Below are positions 8,386 to 16,296 of a stretch of 32,000 nt of DNA, piece after piece. A program made the position numbers and the translations under genes. The notes below the pieces were generated by a model. That model did no database searches. It was not told the DNA's origin and was given only the letters and a program-made list of their open reading frames with translations. The first letter of the stretch is position 1. Every line of letters begins with the position of its first letter. Source of the DNA: Trichlorobacter lovleyi SZ (GTDB lineage: Bacteria; Desulfobacterota; Desulfuromonadia; Geobacterales; Pseudopelobacteraceae); the NCBI RefSeq assembly GCF_000020385.1, contig NC_010814.1:1410001-1442000 (forward strand), given 5' to 3'.

Positions 8386-9498
8386 CTACTTCTTCAACAC
8401 CAGCGCAATCAATATCAGTACAATGATGCTTGCCAGCACCGTCATGGCTATCTTGGCAACCGACCAGGGACGTTCCCCCTGCACTTCACCGGTGGAGCCG
8501 TTGATCAAAAAACGGTATGACTTGTCACCGTACTTGTAGGCACTGATCCAGACCGGCAGCAGAATATGCTTGAAGGTGATGCCGTCAAACTGGGTTCGTA
8601 CCGTATTGATCCGCTGGTGATCGCCACCGATATCCGCCGCTACGGTTGCCCTGATTGCACTATCCATCTCCTGCTTGGCCCGCTCAAAACCATCCCCCAG
8701 ATCAATCTGGTAGGCTTCGGCCTGAAAACCGCTCATATAGGCATCTTGATAAGGCACAAGCGACTTCAGATCCCACGGTTCAAGTTCGTCAACGATCTCT
8801 GGCGGCAGAGAACGGCCTGCCTGAACAATAACATCATCAAAGTTTTGCCAGACCGTGCCGCTGGTATGATACCAGCGGGTGTGGCGTACCTGGCGGGTTC
8901 TGGTGACTGAGTTGCCGTCATCGTCGGTCTCGCTGTAGCGTTCTGTTTCGTAGTAATCTTCGCCACGTTCACCGTCATACCAGGTGGTTGATTTGGCATC
9001 AAAGGTCCAGTAGGGGATGTACATCCCCTTGATGCCGCCATCACGTGCCGCCTGTTCCTTCAGGCCGCCGGGGGCGAACCAGAGCCCGCCCAGCCAGTCT
9101 CGAAACAGCTCCATCGCCTTGTTTTTCGGAATTTTGAACGGCAGAACCGCCCCCGGCTTGATCAGGCGGCTGGCTTTGGCCTTGGCCTGCAACTGGGTGC
9201 CGCAGAAGGGACAATGACTCATGGATATATTGGGCTGCAGGGTAGAGGTGGCGCCGCAGGACTGGCACTTGACCGTCTGCACCTCCTGGGAGTCACCCTG
9301 CTCTGTTGCCCGTGCAAAATACTCGTAAAAATCAAGTTCCCTGATCTCTTCTGCAGACTGAGGGATCTTGTTTTCATGGCTGCAGTAGGGGCATTTCAGG
9401 GTGGCTGCGCCGGGATGGAACTCTAGCTTGGCCCCGCATGACCCACAGGGGAACTGTTTGGTTACGGTATTCGGTGTCTGTTGGGTTGGGTCGCTCAT
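8386..9498 (-). CDS. Membrane-anchored protein with two N-terminal zinc ribbons and a C-terminal TM helix
   Basis: 370-aa ORF with a GGGAG RBS, starting 15 nt downstream of the SPFH gene stop. There are two CxxC...CxxC units (CGSCGAKLEF...CPYCSHEN and CQSCGATS...CPFCGTQL). A roughly 220-aa soluble domain ends in LLPVWISAYKYGDKSYRFLINGSTGEVQGERPWS. The C-terminal TM is IAMTVLASIIVLILIALVL. Confidence 0.8.
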   Translation of the reverse strand: MSDPTQQTPNTVTKQFPCGSCGAKLEFHPGAATLKCPYCSHENKIPQSAEEIRELDFYEYFARATEQGDSQEVQTVKCQSCGATSTLQPNISMSHCPFCGTQLQAKAKASRLIKPGAVLPFKIPKNKAMELFRDWLGGLWFAPGGLKEQAARDGGIKGMYIPYWTFDAKSTTWYDGERGEDYYETERYSETDDDGNSVTRTRQVRHTRWYHTSGTVWQNFDDVIVQAGRSLPPEIVDELEPWDLKSLVPYQDAYMSGFQAEAYQIDLGDGFERAKQEMDSAIRATVAADIGGDHQRINTVRTQFDGITFKHILLPVWISAYKYGDKSYRFLINGSTGEVQGERPWSVAKIAMTVLASIIVLILIALVLKK

Positions 9499-9513
9499 AC
9501 GTAATCTCCCGGT

Positions 9514-10677
9514 TTACGCCGGAGGCATGGGGGGCGGGACTGCGCCAAAGACCGGAGCCAGCTCAGCCAGGGTGCCGGCTGCTGCCCAACTTGCCATGCC
9601 CTGTTTCCAGACCAGGGTTTCACGGGTCAGTTGCCCGCTCATAACCATCTGCTGCAGAGCCGGGGCCTCAAACGGACCCGCCTGCTGACCGTTCATGGCC
9701 ACAAACAGGTTCAGCTGGGGTAGAGGGGGCGGTCCGGGCATTGGTGGCGGCTGAGATGCCGACTGGCCAGTACCGGAGAATCCCGGCGTGATACCGGGCT
9801 GCTGCACCATGTTGGTAAAGGCGCCTCCCATGGCATTGCCCATCTGGCCGCCCATGCCAAACCCCATGCCGATCCCCACACCGGCCGCAGCCAGACCGCC
9901 GGGATTGTTGGCGGCATCATTGATGGAATTGGCGGTCTCGTATTGGGTGTACATCTGCATATTGCCGATGGCCCGCATGGCGCCGGCCTTGTCAATCGCC
10001 CGCTCCACCTCTTCCGGCAGACCCACATCCTGTACCTGTACCTCGGTCAGGGCGATTCCCAACCCTTCAAAGGCCGGGGCTATCCGCTCTTTCAACATCT
10101 CACCCATGGTAAAAACCTTGCTCTCAAGGTCAATCACCGGAATCTGCAGCTCCGGCATTACTTCCTTGATCCGCATCCCGATCTTACCTTTCAGGTTGTC
10201 CTGAATTTCATCAGTGTTGAATTCACCGTCGGTTCCTGCGATCTCACGGATGAATACAGCCGGATCCTTGATCTTGATCGAATAGATGCCGAAGGCCGTT
10301 ACCCGCACCGCACCGAACTCCGGGTCGCGCATGGTGCAGGGACCGGGTGTACCCCACTTGAGATTGGTGAACTGGCGGGTTGAGACAAAGTAGACCTCGG
10401 CCTTGAAGGGGGATTCAAAACCGTATTTCCAGCCCTTGAGGGTGGCCAGGATCGGCAGGTTCTGAGTGGTCAAGTCATAGGTGCCCGGTTTAAAGACATC
10501 GGCAATCTGGCCTTCGTTGATGAAGACCGCTGCCTGTCCTTCACGGACCACCAGCTTGGCACCATTCTTTATCTCGTTGTTGTAGCGAGGGAAACGGTAA
10601 ATCAGGGTGTCGTTGGTGTCGTCCAGCCATTGGACAATGTCAATCAGTTCAGCTTTTAATTTGTCCCACAATGCCAT
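9514..10677 (-). CDS. SPFH/Band-7-like protein (COG4260/YdjI-like) with a Gly/Met/Pro-rich linker and a C-terminal GYF_2 domain
   Basis: ORF track gives 9514..10689. I prefer the ATG at 10677 (MALWDKLK...) because GGAGG lies 5-6 nt upstream. The N-terminal 260 aa follow the YdjI/'virion core protein'-type SPFH pattern. A low-complexity segment follows (GIGMGFGMGGQMGNAMGG...PPPMPGPPPLP). After that comes NGQQAGPFEAPALQQMVMSGQLTRETLVWKQGMASWAAAGTLAELAPVF, which is a GYF_2 signature. Confidence 0.85.
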   Translation of the reverse strand: MALWDKLKAELIDIVQWLDDTNDTLIYRFPRYNNEIKNGAKLVVREGQAAVFINEGQIADVFKPGTYDLTTQNLPILATLKGWKYGFESPFKAEVYFVSTRQFTNLKWGTPGPCTMRDPEFGAVRVTAFGIYSIKIKDPAVFIREIAGTDGEFNTDEIQDNLKGKIGMRIKEVMPELQIPVIDLESKVFTMGEMLKERIAPAFEGLGIALTEVQVQDVGLPEEVERAIDKAGAMRAIGNMQMYTQYETANSINDAANNPGGLAAAGVGIGMGFGMGGQMGNAMGGAFTNMVQQPGITPGFSGTGQSASQPPPMPGPPPLPQLNLFVAMNGQQAGPFEAPALQQMVMSGQLTRETLVWKQGMASWAAAGTLAELAPVFGAVPPPMPPA

Positions 10678-10703
10678 AGGAGCCTCCATAACGGGGGATT
10701 TTA

Positions 10704-10733
10704 GATTTATGCAGCGCAGAGGTATAGTGTAAA
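10704..10733 (-). promoter_or_regulatory. Candidate sigma-70 promoter for the SPFH operon (TTTACA-N18-TAAATC)
   Basis: The minus strand reads TTTACA (complement of 10728-10733), an 18-nt spacer, then TAAATC (complement of 10704-10709). This is about 27 nt upstream of the preferred start codon. Confidence 0.3.
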
Positions 10734-10986
10734 TGCTTTTGGACAGGATGCAAGCGGGTAGGGTGTAAGATTTTTATCTGTAAAAAACAGTTGCCATAGA
10801 GTCCACCGAGTTCTCAAAGTAAAAACGGGAAGGTGCTGAAAATGGACTATTTTCTTTTGGGTGTCTATCCGAGAAACGTTTTTATCTGTAATTATCTGCA
10901 GCAGAGGCCAAGGCGAAGCGTTTATGGTGTTTGACAAGGTTCAGAAACTATCGTATTCGGCTGCATCTGCTCATGTATAGTCATTA

Positions 10987-11883
10987 TTATGGCCTTTTCT
11001 GGGTGGAGGCTAATTGTTGCAAAACTGTAGAAATCTGGTTCAGGCTTTGGAAGAGCTGTATTCCTGACGGCATGGCTGTAAGTTCTTTAACTCCACTGCC
11101 ACCTGCCCATAGCCTGATCTCCTGAGGTAGCATAGAACGTAATCGTACCAGTTGGCTGGTGATCTGACGCCGCTGCAGGTAGCTACTGCAGGAGATGCCG
11201 ACAACTGAACATCCTCCGCCCACTGCCCCGCGTACAATCTCGTCAAGCGGTGTCTGCACACCGGCAACAAGCGGTGCTGCTCCTTCATGTCTCAACATGC
11301 AGGCAACCATCAACATGCCGATACCATGCTGCTCACCAGGCAGGGTGGTCAGTAGTACCCGTGGGGCTGCAGGTGCTGGTTTCAACTCATTGAGAATGCG
11401 GCCCAGAACCATCCTTATCTGCTCGGCATACAAGTGTTCATCAAGCACGCCGATCTTCCCGTCTGCCCAGGACTTTCCCACTGCATGATTCAGGGGAGCT
11501 ACAATTTCAGTCAGAAATGCTGGTAGTCCATGCTGATGTAGTAGCTGCTCAAGACGTTGCTCCAGGGGGCCTGGTATCTGATCCTGAACCAGTTCAAGCA
11601 GGCTTGCCACTACCGGAGACAGTTCAGGCAGATCGGTATGTTCCTGTAGCAGTAGCTGTAACTGCTGCAGATCAAGTCTGGCAAGCTTGCCTGGTCTCAT
11701 GCCGTTATCAGTCAGTTGCTTGATCAGCCGCAGGCGTTCAAGCTGTTCTTGGCTGTAATTGCGTTCGCTGCGCTGGTTGCGTTGAGGCTCAGGAAAACCG
11801 TAACGCCGTTCCCATATCCGCAACGTGTCACGGCTGATACCGGTCTCTCGTTCAATATCGGCAATGGTTAGTGGCTTGTTCAT
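10987..11883 (-). CDS. MerR-family regulator with a cobalamin-binding domain, CarH/LitR-type (putative AdoCbl photoreceptor)
   Basis: 298-aa ORF. The MerR HTH is TIADIERETGISRDTLRIWERRYGFPEP. A W-x9-E-H motif is present (SWADGKIGVLDEHLY). An E-x-H-x-x-G cobalamin lower-ligand motif is present (LPGEQHGIG). A Rossmann-like B12-binding domain follows. Confidence 0.85.
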   Translation of the reverse strand: MNKPLTIADIERETGISRDTLRIWERRYGFPEPQRNQRSERNYSQEQLERLRLIKQLTDNGMRPGKLARLDLQQLQLLLQEHTDLPELSPVVASLLELVQDQIPGPLEQRLEQLLHQHGLPAFLTEIVAPLNHAVGKSWADGKIGVLDEHLYAEQIRMVLGRILNELKPAPAAPRVLLTTLPGEQHGIGMLMVACMLRHEGAAPLVAGVQTPLDEIVRGAVGGGCSVVGISCSSYLQRRQITSQLVRLRSMLPQEIRLWAGGSGVKELTAMPSGIQLFQSLNQISTVLQQLASTQKRP

Positions 11884-11987
11884 TTTTTTGTCCTAGACAA
11901 AACTTAAATTTGATGCAAAATTAGCACTATAGTTGTGAGTTGTCTACTGTTGGTTGGGATTGTTTCAACAGCTAAAAGGACATACCA

Positions 11988-12470
11988 GTGTACATGCTCA
12001 AACGAACGCAACTGCTCCCTGTTGACCTGCAAACGGCCTGGCAGTTTTTTTCTGATCCACGCAATCTGCCGGTTATTACACCACCTGGTCTGGGTTTTGA
12101 AATCACCTCGGACCTTCCGGAACGGATGTACGCCGGCATGGTGGTTACCTATCGGGTCACGGCACTGGCAGGAATACGGGTGGATTGGGTCACAGAAATT
12201 ACCCATGTGCACGAGCCCGGCTTCTTTGTGGATGAACAACGCTGCGGCCCCTATCGGTTCTGGCATCACCAGCATCATTTCAGGGCAGTAGAGGGCGGCA
12301 CGGAAATGGTTGATCTGGTGTCATACCTGCTGCCATTGCAGCCGTTCGGGCAGTTGGCAGCACCATTTGTGCGGCGTCGTCTGGAGCATATATTTGATTT
12401 CCGGCAACGGACGTTGGAAACCATGTTTAAAGAAAGGGGTGATGCCTATGGCAATGACGGACTACATTGA
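11988..12470 (+). CDS. SRPBCC-superfamily ligand-binding protein (COG4276-like)
   Basis: 160-aa ORF with a GTG start 8 nt after AAGGA; an alternative ATG is at 11994. The run LPVDLQTAWQFFSDPRNL...PGFFVDEQRCGPYRFWHHQHHF is typical of the SRPBCC/'cyclase-dehydrase'-like family. Confidence 0.75.
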   Translation: MYMLKRTQLLPVDLQTAWQFFSDPRNLPVITPPGLGFEITSDLPERMYAGMVVTYRVTALAGIRVDWVTEITHVHEPGFFVDEQRCGPYRFWHHQHHFRAVEGGTEMVDLVSYLLPLQPFGQLAAPFVRRRLEHIFDFRQRTLETMFKERGDAYGNDGLH

Positions 12471-12708
12471 AGAACGCTATGATGATACCTTTGAGTCGGT
12501 GTATACTGTACTTTCAGATCTTGCCCGACGTGACCCCTCGGCAACGATCCGGCATATCCGCCAAACCCTGAAAAGTCTCTATATCAGGCAGGGTAATGAC
12601 TGGACCGGCCGGGGCGCAATTGGCAATGCCGGACTGGATGCCTCGGTGGCGGCCCATGAAGCGGTTTTGGCTGAGTTGACGGTCAATGAACCAGGAGGAA
12701 AGGCATGA
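12442..12708 (+). CDS. Small hypothetical protein (about 85-88 aa), family not recognised
   Basis: This is the downstream part of track ORF 12310..12708. ATG codons lie at 12442, 12448 and 12454, just after AGGGG (12435-12439). Its stop overlaps the next gene's start as ATGA (12705-12708), which implies translational coupling. I recognise no family. Confidence 0.5.
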   Translation: MPMAMTDYIEERYDDTFESVYTVLSDLARRDPSATIRHIRQTLKSLYIRQGNDWTGRGAIGNAGLDASVAAHEAVLAELTVNEPGGKA

Positions 12709-12998
12709 AAGAGAAACTGGAACAGTTATTCTATTTTGGGCTTGGCAGTGCCTTGATGGCCAAGGAAAAGCTTGAACAGGCCGGTGAGTCTGCCAAAGAG
12801 CTGAAGGAAGAGAACGAGCGCAAGGCCCGTGAGTTCTTTGACCAGGCCGTGGCTAAAGGCAGCGAAGAGCGGGAACAGATCAAAGGCAGTATTAAAGCAC
12901 TGCTGAAGGAAGCAATCGACGAACTTGGTCTTGCCACCAAGGCCGATCTGGAAGCCCTGCGGGAGGAGCTGGCAAAACAGCGTCAGGGGCAGTTGTAA
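12705..12998 (+). CDS. Phasin-like protein (PHA granule-associated/COG3937-like), coiled-coil
   Basis: 97-aa ORF. MKEKLEQLFYFGLGSALMAKEKLEQ followed by a K/E-rich helical sequence is the usual phasin-family N-terminus. Confidence 0.65.
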   Translation: MKEKLEQLFYFGLGSALMAKEKLEQAGESAKELKEENERKAREFFDQAVAKGSEEREQIKGSIKALLKEAIDELGLATKADLEALREELAKQRQGQL

Positions 12999-13002
12999 AC
13001 CG

Positions 13003-14574
13003 GTGACACCGATCTCTCTCCTCATCAGGCTGTACCACCCGCTGCGGGTCTACCGGGTTTTCCGGGTGCTGCTGACCGTCTTTCTGTTGATCCGTAAGCG
13101 GGCCGGCTGGCTGGGGATACGGCCGTTGGCACCGCTGCAGCTGGTTGTGGCCATAGAGCAGCTGGGGGCCAGCTTTATCAAATTGGCCCAGGTACTGGCC
13201 ACCCGGGCGGATTTCTTTGACAGCAGCTACCTGGAGCCGTTACGCCACCTGCATGATCAGCTGCCCCCGATGTCAGAGGCCGACTTTCAACAGGTCTTTG
13301 AGCGGGCATTCCGCGCCGGGGCCTGCTTTCGCGGGTTTGAGCAGAGCCCGCTGGCCTGTGCCTCCATCGGCCAGGTGCACCGGGCGGTGCTGCAAAGCGG
13401 TGAACAGGTGGCGGTCAAACTGCGCCGTAACCGGATCGAGCGGGTGGTGCGGGAGGATATCCGCCTGTTGGGCTGGTTTCTGGCGATCCTGCATCCGCTT
13501 TTCTCCGAATATACCCGTAACTCCATTGAGGCGGTGCTGATCGCCTTTCGCCGCACCATCCTGCAGGAAGTGGATATGCAGGCTGAACTGTCCAACCTGG
13601 AACGGTTCCGTCAGGCCTACCCCGACTCCGGCATCCGCATGCCGGTTCCCTATCCGCAGTTCAGCTCCCATGATGCCCTGGTGATGAGTTTTGAAGAGGG
13701 TGTCCGCTTTGGTGATCGGGAAGGGCTGGCGACGCTCCAGGTTTCTTTCGACAAGCTGATGGAGAAGCTGGTGCTGTTCTACACCGAGCAGATGCTGGTG
13801 AAAGGGTTCTTCCATGCCGATCCCCACCCCGGCAATCTGCTGGTAACCACCACTGGTGAACTGGTGCTGCTGGATTTCGGCATGGTCAGCCGGATTCCCA
13901 ACGCCACTCGGCTGGCCATGATCAATACGGTCAAGGCAGCCTATGAGCGGGATTTTGAGCTGTTGGTGCAGGCCACCCGCAAGCTGGGGATCATCACCGA
14001 CAGTGCGCCCCAGGACGAGCTGACCGGTCTGACTGAAGAGATCTTCCGGATCTTTGATAATGACCAGCTCAGTGCCTCCAGCATGCAGGAGCTGGCCTTC
14101 GGGGTCATGGATGCCCTCAAGGAGTACCCGTTCAAACTGCCCCAGGAGATCATCTATGTCATGCGTGCCAGCTCAATCATTGAGGGGTTGGGCACCAGCT
14201 ACATCGAGAACTATAACGGTATCAAGGATGTGCTGCCGGTACTCAGGGCCAATCTGACCCGTGCCCTGGGAGAGCGGGACAGCCTTGCGGGGATCGTGAT
14301 CCATGAACTGGCTCAACTGCCGCTAACCCTGGTCAAGGCTCGCCATCTGGTGGATGCCTTGCAACAGGGTGATCTGGTCGTGCATCTGGCAGAGGAAGAC
14401 CGGCGCGCCCTGCTGCGTCCTGCCCGGCTTTGGCTGCAACAGATGACCTGGATCGGCCTGCTGGTGGCGCTGGCCTTCTATCTGCGGGGATTTGCATATC
14501 CGCTTGCTGGCTGGTTGTCACTGGGCTGCTTCGGGCTGGCTTTTGTCAGGCTTGTGTGGTGGAAAAAACTGTAA
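13003..14574 (+). CDS. ABC1/UbiB-family atypical kinase with two C-terminal TM helices
   Basis: The track ORF starts at 12925 but overlaps the phasin gene. An in-frame GTG at 13003 lies 4 nt after the phasin stop, and I prefer it. ABC1 motifs are LGASFIKLAQVLATRADFF, ASIGQVHRAVL..GEQVAVKL and FFHADPHPGNLL. The hydrophobic C-terminus is WIGLLVALAFYL...LSLGCFGLAFVRLVWW. Confidence 0.85.
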   Translation: MTPISLLIRLYHPLRVYRVFRVLLTVFLLIRKRAGWLGIRPLAPLQLVVAIEQLGASFIKLAQVLATRADFFDSSYLEPLRHLHDQLPPMSEADFQQVFERAFRAGACFRGFEQSPLACASIGQVHRAVLQSGEQVAVKLRRNRIERVVREDIRLLGWFLAILHPLFSEYTRNSIEAVLIAFRRTILQEVDMQAELSNLERFRQAYPDSGIRMPVPYPQFSSHDALVMSFEEGVRFGDREGLATLQVSFDKLMEKLVLFYTEQMLVKGFFHADPHPGNLLVTTTGELVLLDFGMVSRIPNATRLAMINTVKAAYERDFELLVQATRKLGIITDSAPQDELTGLTEEIFRIFDNDQLSASSMQELAFGVMDALKEYPFKLPQEIIYVMRASSIIEGLGTSYIENYNGIKDVLPVLRANLTRALGERDSLAGIVIHELAQLPLTLVKARHLVDALQQGDLVVHLAEEDRRALLRPARLWLQQMTWIGLLVALAFYLRGFAYPLAGWLSLGCFGLAFVRLVWWKKL

Positions 14575-14615
14575 AAAAACCGGCAGTGAATGTCCCCTGC
14601 CGGTTGTCTGTTTCT
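14573..14615. terminator. Hairpin terminator between the ABC1 kinase (+) and acyl-CoA synthetase (-) genes
   Basis: ACCGGCAG (14579-14586) pairs with CTGCCGGT (14597-14604) around a 10-nt loop. A7 on the left gives a U7 tract for the minus-strand gene. The right side has a weaker TGTCTGTTTC. Confidence 0.65.
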
Positions 14616-14646
14616 ATCGGTTATTCGGCTATGCTGCTTATTCTGC

Positions 14647-16296
14647 TTATTCTGCTTCTTCCAGGTGTAGTTCCTTGATCGCCATCTCCCGCAGCTTGAA
14701 CTTCTGAATCTTACCGCTGGCGGTCATCGGGTAGCCTTCCACAAATTTGACGTACTTGGGTACCTTATAGTTGGCGATCTTGCCGCGGCAGAACTCCTTG
14801 ACCTCTTCCTCGGTCATTTCCATCCCCTTTTTCAGGATCACCGCTGCCATGACCTGTTCACCGTACTTTTTGTCCGGCACGCCGTAGATCTGGACATCGG
14901 ATATCTTGGGGTGGGTGTAAAGGAACTCCTCGATCTCTTTGGGATAGATGTTCTCGCCACCGCGGATGATCATCTGCTTGATCCGGCCGGTGATCTTGCA
15001 GTAGCCGTTTTCATCCATGATCGCCAGGTCGCCGGTGTGCAGCCAGTTATCGGCGTCAATCACCTTGGCAGTCTCTTCCGGCATCTTGTAGTAGCCCTTC
15101 ATGACCATATAGCCACGGGCGCAAAGCTCACCCTGTTTGCCCGGCGGCAGGGTGGCACCGGTTTCGATATCGATGATCTTGACCTCCGCCTCGGGCAGGG
15201 CGCGGCCTACGGTGGAAACCCGCAGTTCAACCGGATCTTCGGTGCGGGTCTGGGTGATGCCGGGTGATGCCTCGGTCTGGCCGTAGACGCTGGTAATCTC
15301 GGTCAGGTTCATATCCCGCACCGCCTTTTTCATCACCTCAATAGGACAGACCGATCCGGCCATGATGCCGGTACGCAGGCTGGAGAGGTTGAACTTCTTG
15401 AACTCCGGGTGTTCCAGTTCGGCAATGAACATGGTCGGTACGCCGTGTACCGCCGTACACTTTTCAGCCTCAATGGTCTGCAGGACCTTGAGCGGATCAA
15501 AGAGTTCAACCGGTACCATGGCAGAACCGTGGGTAACGCAGACCATGGTGCCCAGTACACAGCCGAAGCAGTGGAAGAACGGCACCGGAATGCAGAGCCG
15601 GTCCTGGTTGGTGAACTTCATGCATTCGCCGATCTGGAAGCCGTTGTTGGCCAGGTTGTAGTGGGTCAGCATGACCCCTTTGGGAAAGCCGGTGGTGCCG
15701 GAAGTGTACTGCATGTTGATGGTGTCGTGGCAGTCCAGGGTGGCCTCGACTGCGGCCAGTTCCTCGTCGGAGACAGCCTTGCCCAGCTCAATGATTGAGT
15801 TGAAATTGAGCATACCGGCCGGGGTCTCATCACCGATAAAGACCACGGTCTTCAGGAACGGCAGCTTTGCATGGTTCAGCTTGCCCGGTTCAGAATCATG
15901 GATGGACGGTACTACCTCTGCCAGGGTCTTGACGTAGTCGGTATCCTTGAACGACTTGACCATGAACAGGGTGGTGGAATCGGACTGGTTCAGGACATAC
16001 TCAAGTTCTGATGACTTGTAGGCGGTGTTGACGGTCACCAGTACGGCGCCGATCTTGGGGGTGGCAAACTGAAGGATCACCCACTCCGGCACGTTGTAGG
16101 CCCAGATTGAGACATGATCCCCCTTTTTGATGCCCAGTTTCAGCAGCCCCTTGGCCACCTGACGGCAGATCTCGTTAAACTGTTTGTAGGAATAACGCAG
16201 CCCACGCTCGGGGTAGACCAGGGCATCATTGTCAGGAAAACGTGCTGCAATCTCATCCAGCATGGCGCCGATCGGCTTGGTTATGGCTTGGGACAT
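14647..16296 (-). CDS. AMP-dependent acyl-CoA synthetase/ligase (medium/long-chain fatty-acid-CoA ligase-like)
   Basis: 549-aa ORF with a GAGG RBS. The AMP-binding signature is [16 protein letters not shown]. Downstream motifs YGQTE, TGDL and the C-terminal GKIQK are present. Confidence 0.9.
   Translation of the reverse strand: MSQAITKPIGAMLDEIAARFPDNDALVYPERGLRYSYKQFNEICRQVAKGLLKLGIKKGDHVSIWAYNVPEWVILQFATPKIGAVLVTVNTAYKSSELEYVLNQSDSTTLFMVKSFKDTDYVKTLAEVVPSIHDSEPGKLNHAKLPFLKTVVFIGDETPAGMLNFNSIIELGKAVSDEELAAVEATLDCHDTINMQYTSGTTGFPKGVMLTHYNLANNGFQIGECMKFTNQDRLCIPVPFFHCFGCVLGTMVCVTHGSAMVPVELFDPLKVLQTIEAEKCTAVHGVPTMFIAELEHPEFKKFNLSSLRTGIMAGSVCPIEVMKKAVRDMNLTEITSVYGQTEASPGITQTRTEDPVELRVSTVGRALPEAEVKIIDIETGATLPPGKQGELCARGYMVMKGYYKMPEETAKVIDADNWLHTGDLAIMDENGYCKITGRIKQMIIRGGENIYPKEIEEFLYTHPKISDVQIYGVPDKKYGEQVMAAVILKKGMEMTEEEVKEFCRGKIANYKVPKYVKFVEGYPMTASGKIQKFKLREMAIKELHLEEAE

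Noticed and set aside
10879-10898. Resemblance of GATAATTACAGATAAAAAC (minus strand) to a Fur box.
   Set aside because: Only about 11 of 19 positions match the GATAATGATAATCATTATC consensus, and there is no dyad symmetry.
10707-10937. 76-aa minus-strand ORF in the gap between the MerR-type and SPFH genes.
   Set aside because: It has a TTG start, no Shine-Dalgarno and no recognisable family. It spans the repeated TTTTTATCTGTAA boxes and the candidate promoter. I treat the region as regulatory DNA.
12925-13002. Upstream ATG start (12925) for the ABC1 kinase, as given in the ORF track.
   Set aside because: It would overlap the phasin-like gene by 74 nt in another frame, and it adds a non-conserved-looking Arg/Pro-rich peptide. 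The GTG at 13003, just after the phasin stop, fits an operon layout better. The start remains uncertain.
14634-14662. 9-nt tandem repeat (minus strand AAGCAGAA-TAAGCAGAA-TAAGCAGCA) spanning the acyl-CoA synthetase stop codon.
   Set aside because: There are only about 2.5 units at the extreme 3' end and UTR. Slippage would change at most a few C-terminal residues, and I see no evidence of a contingency-locus function.
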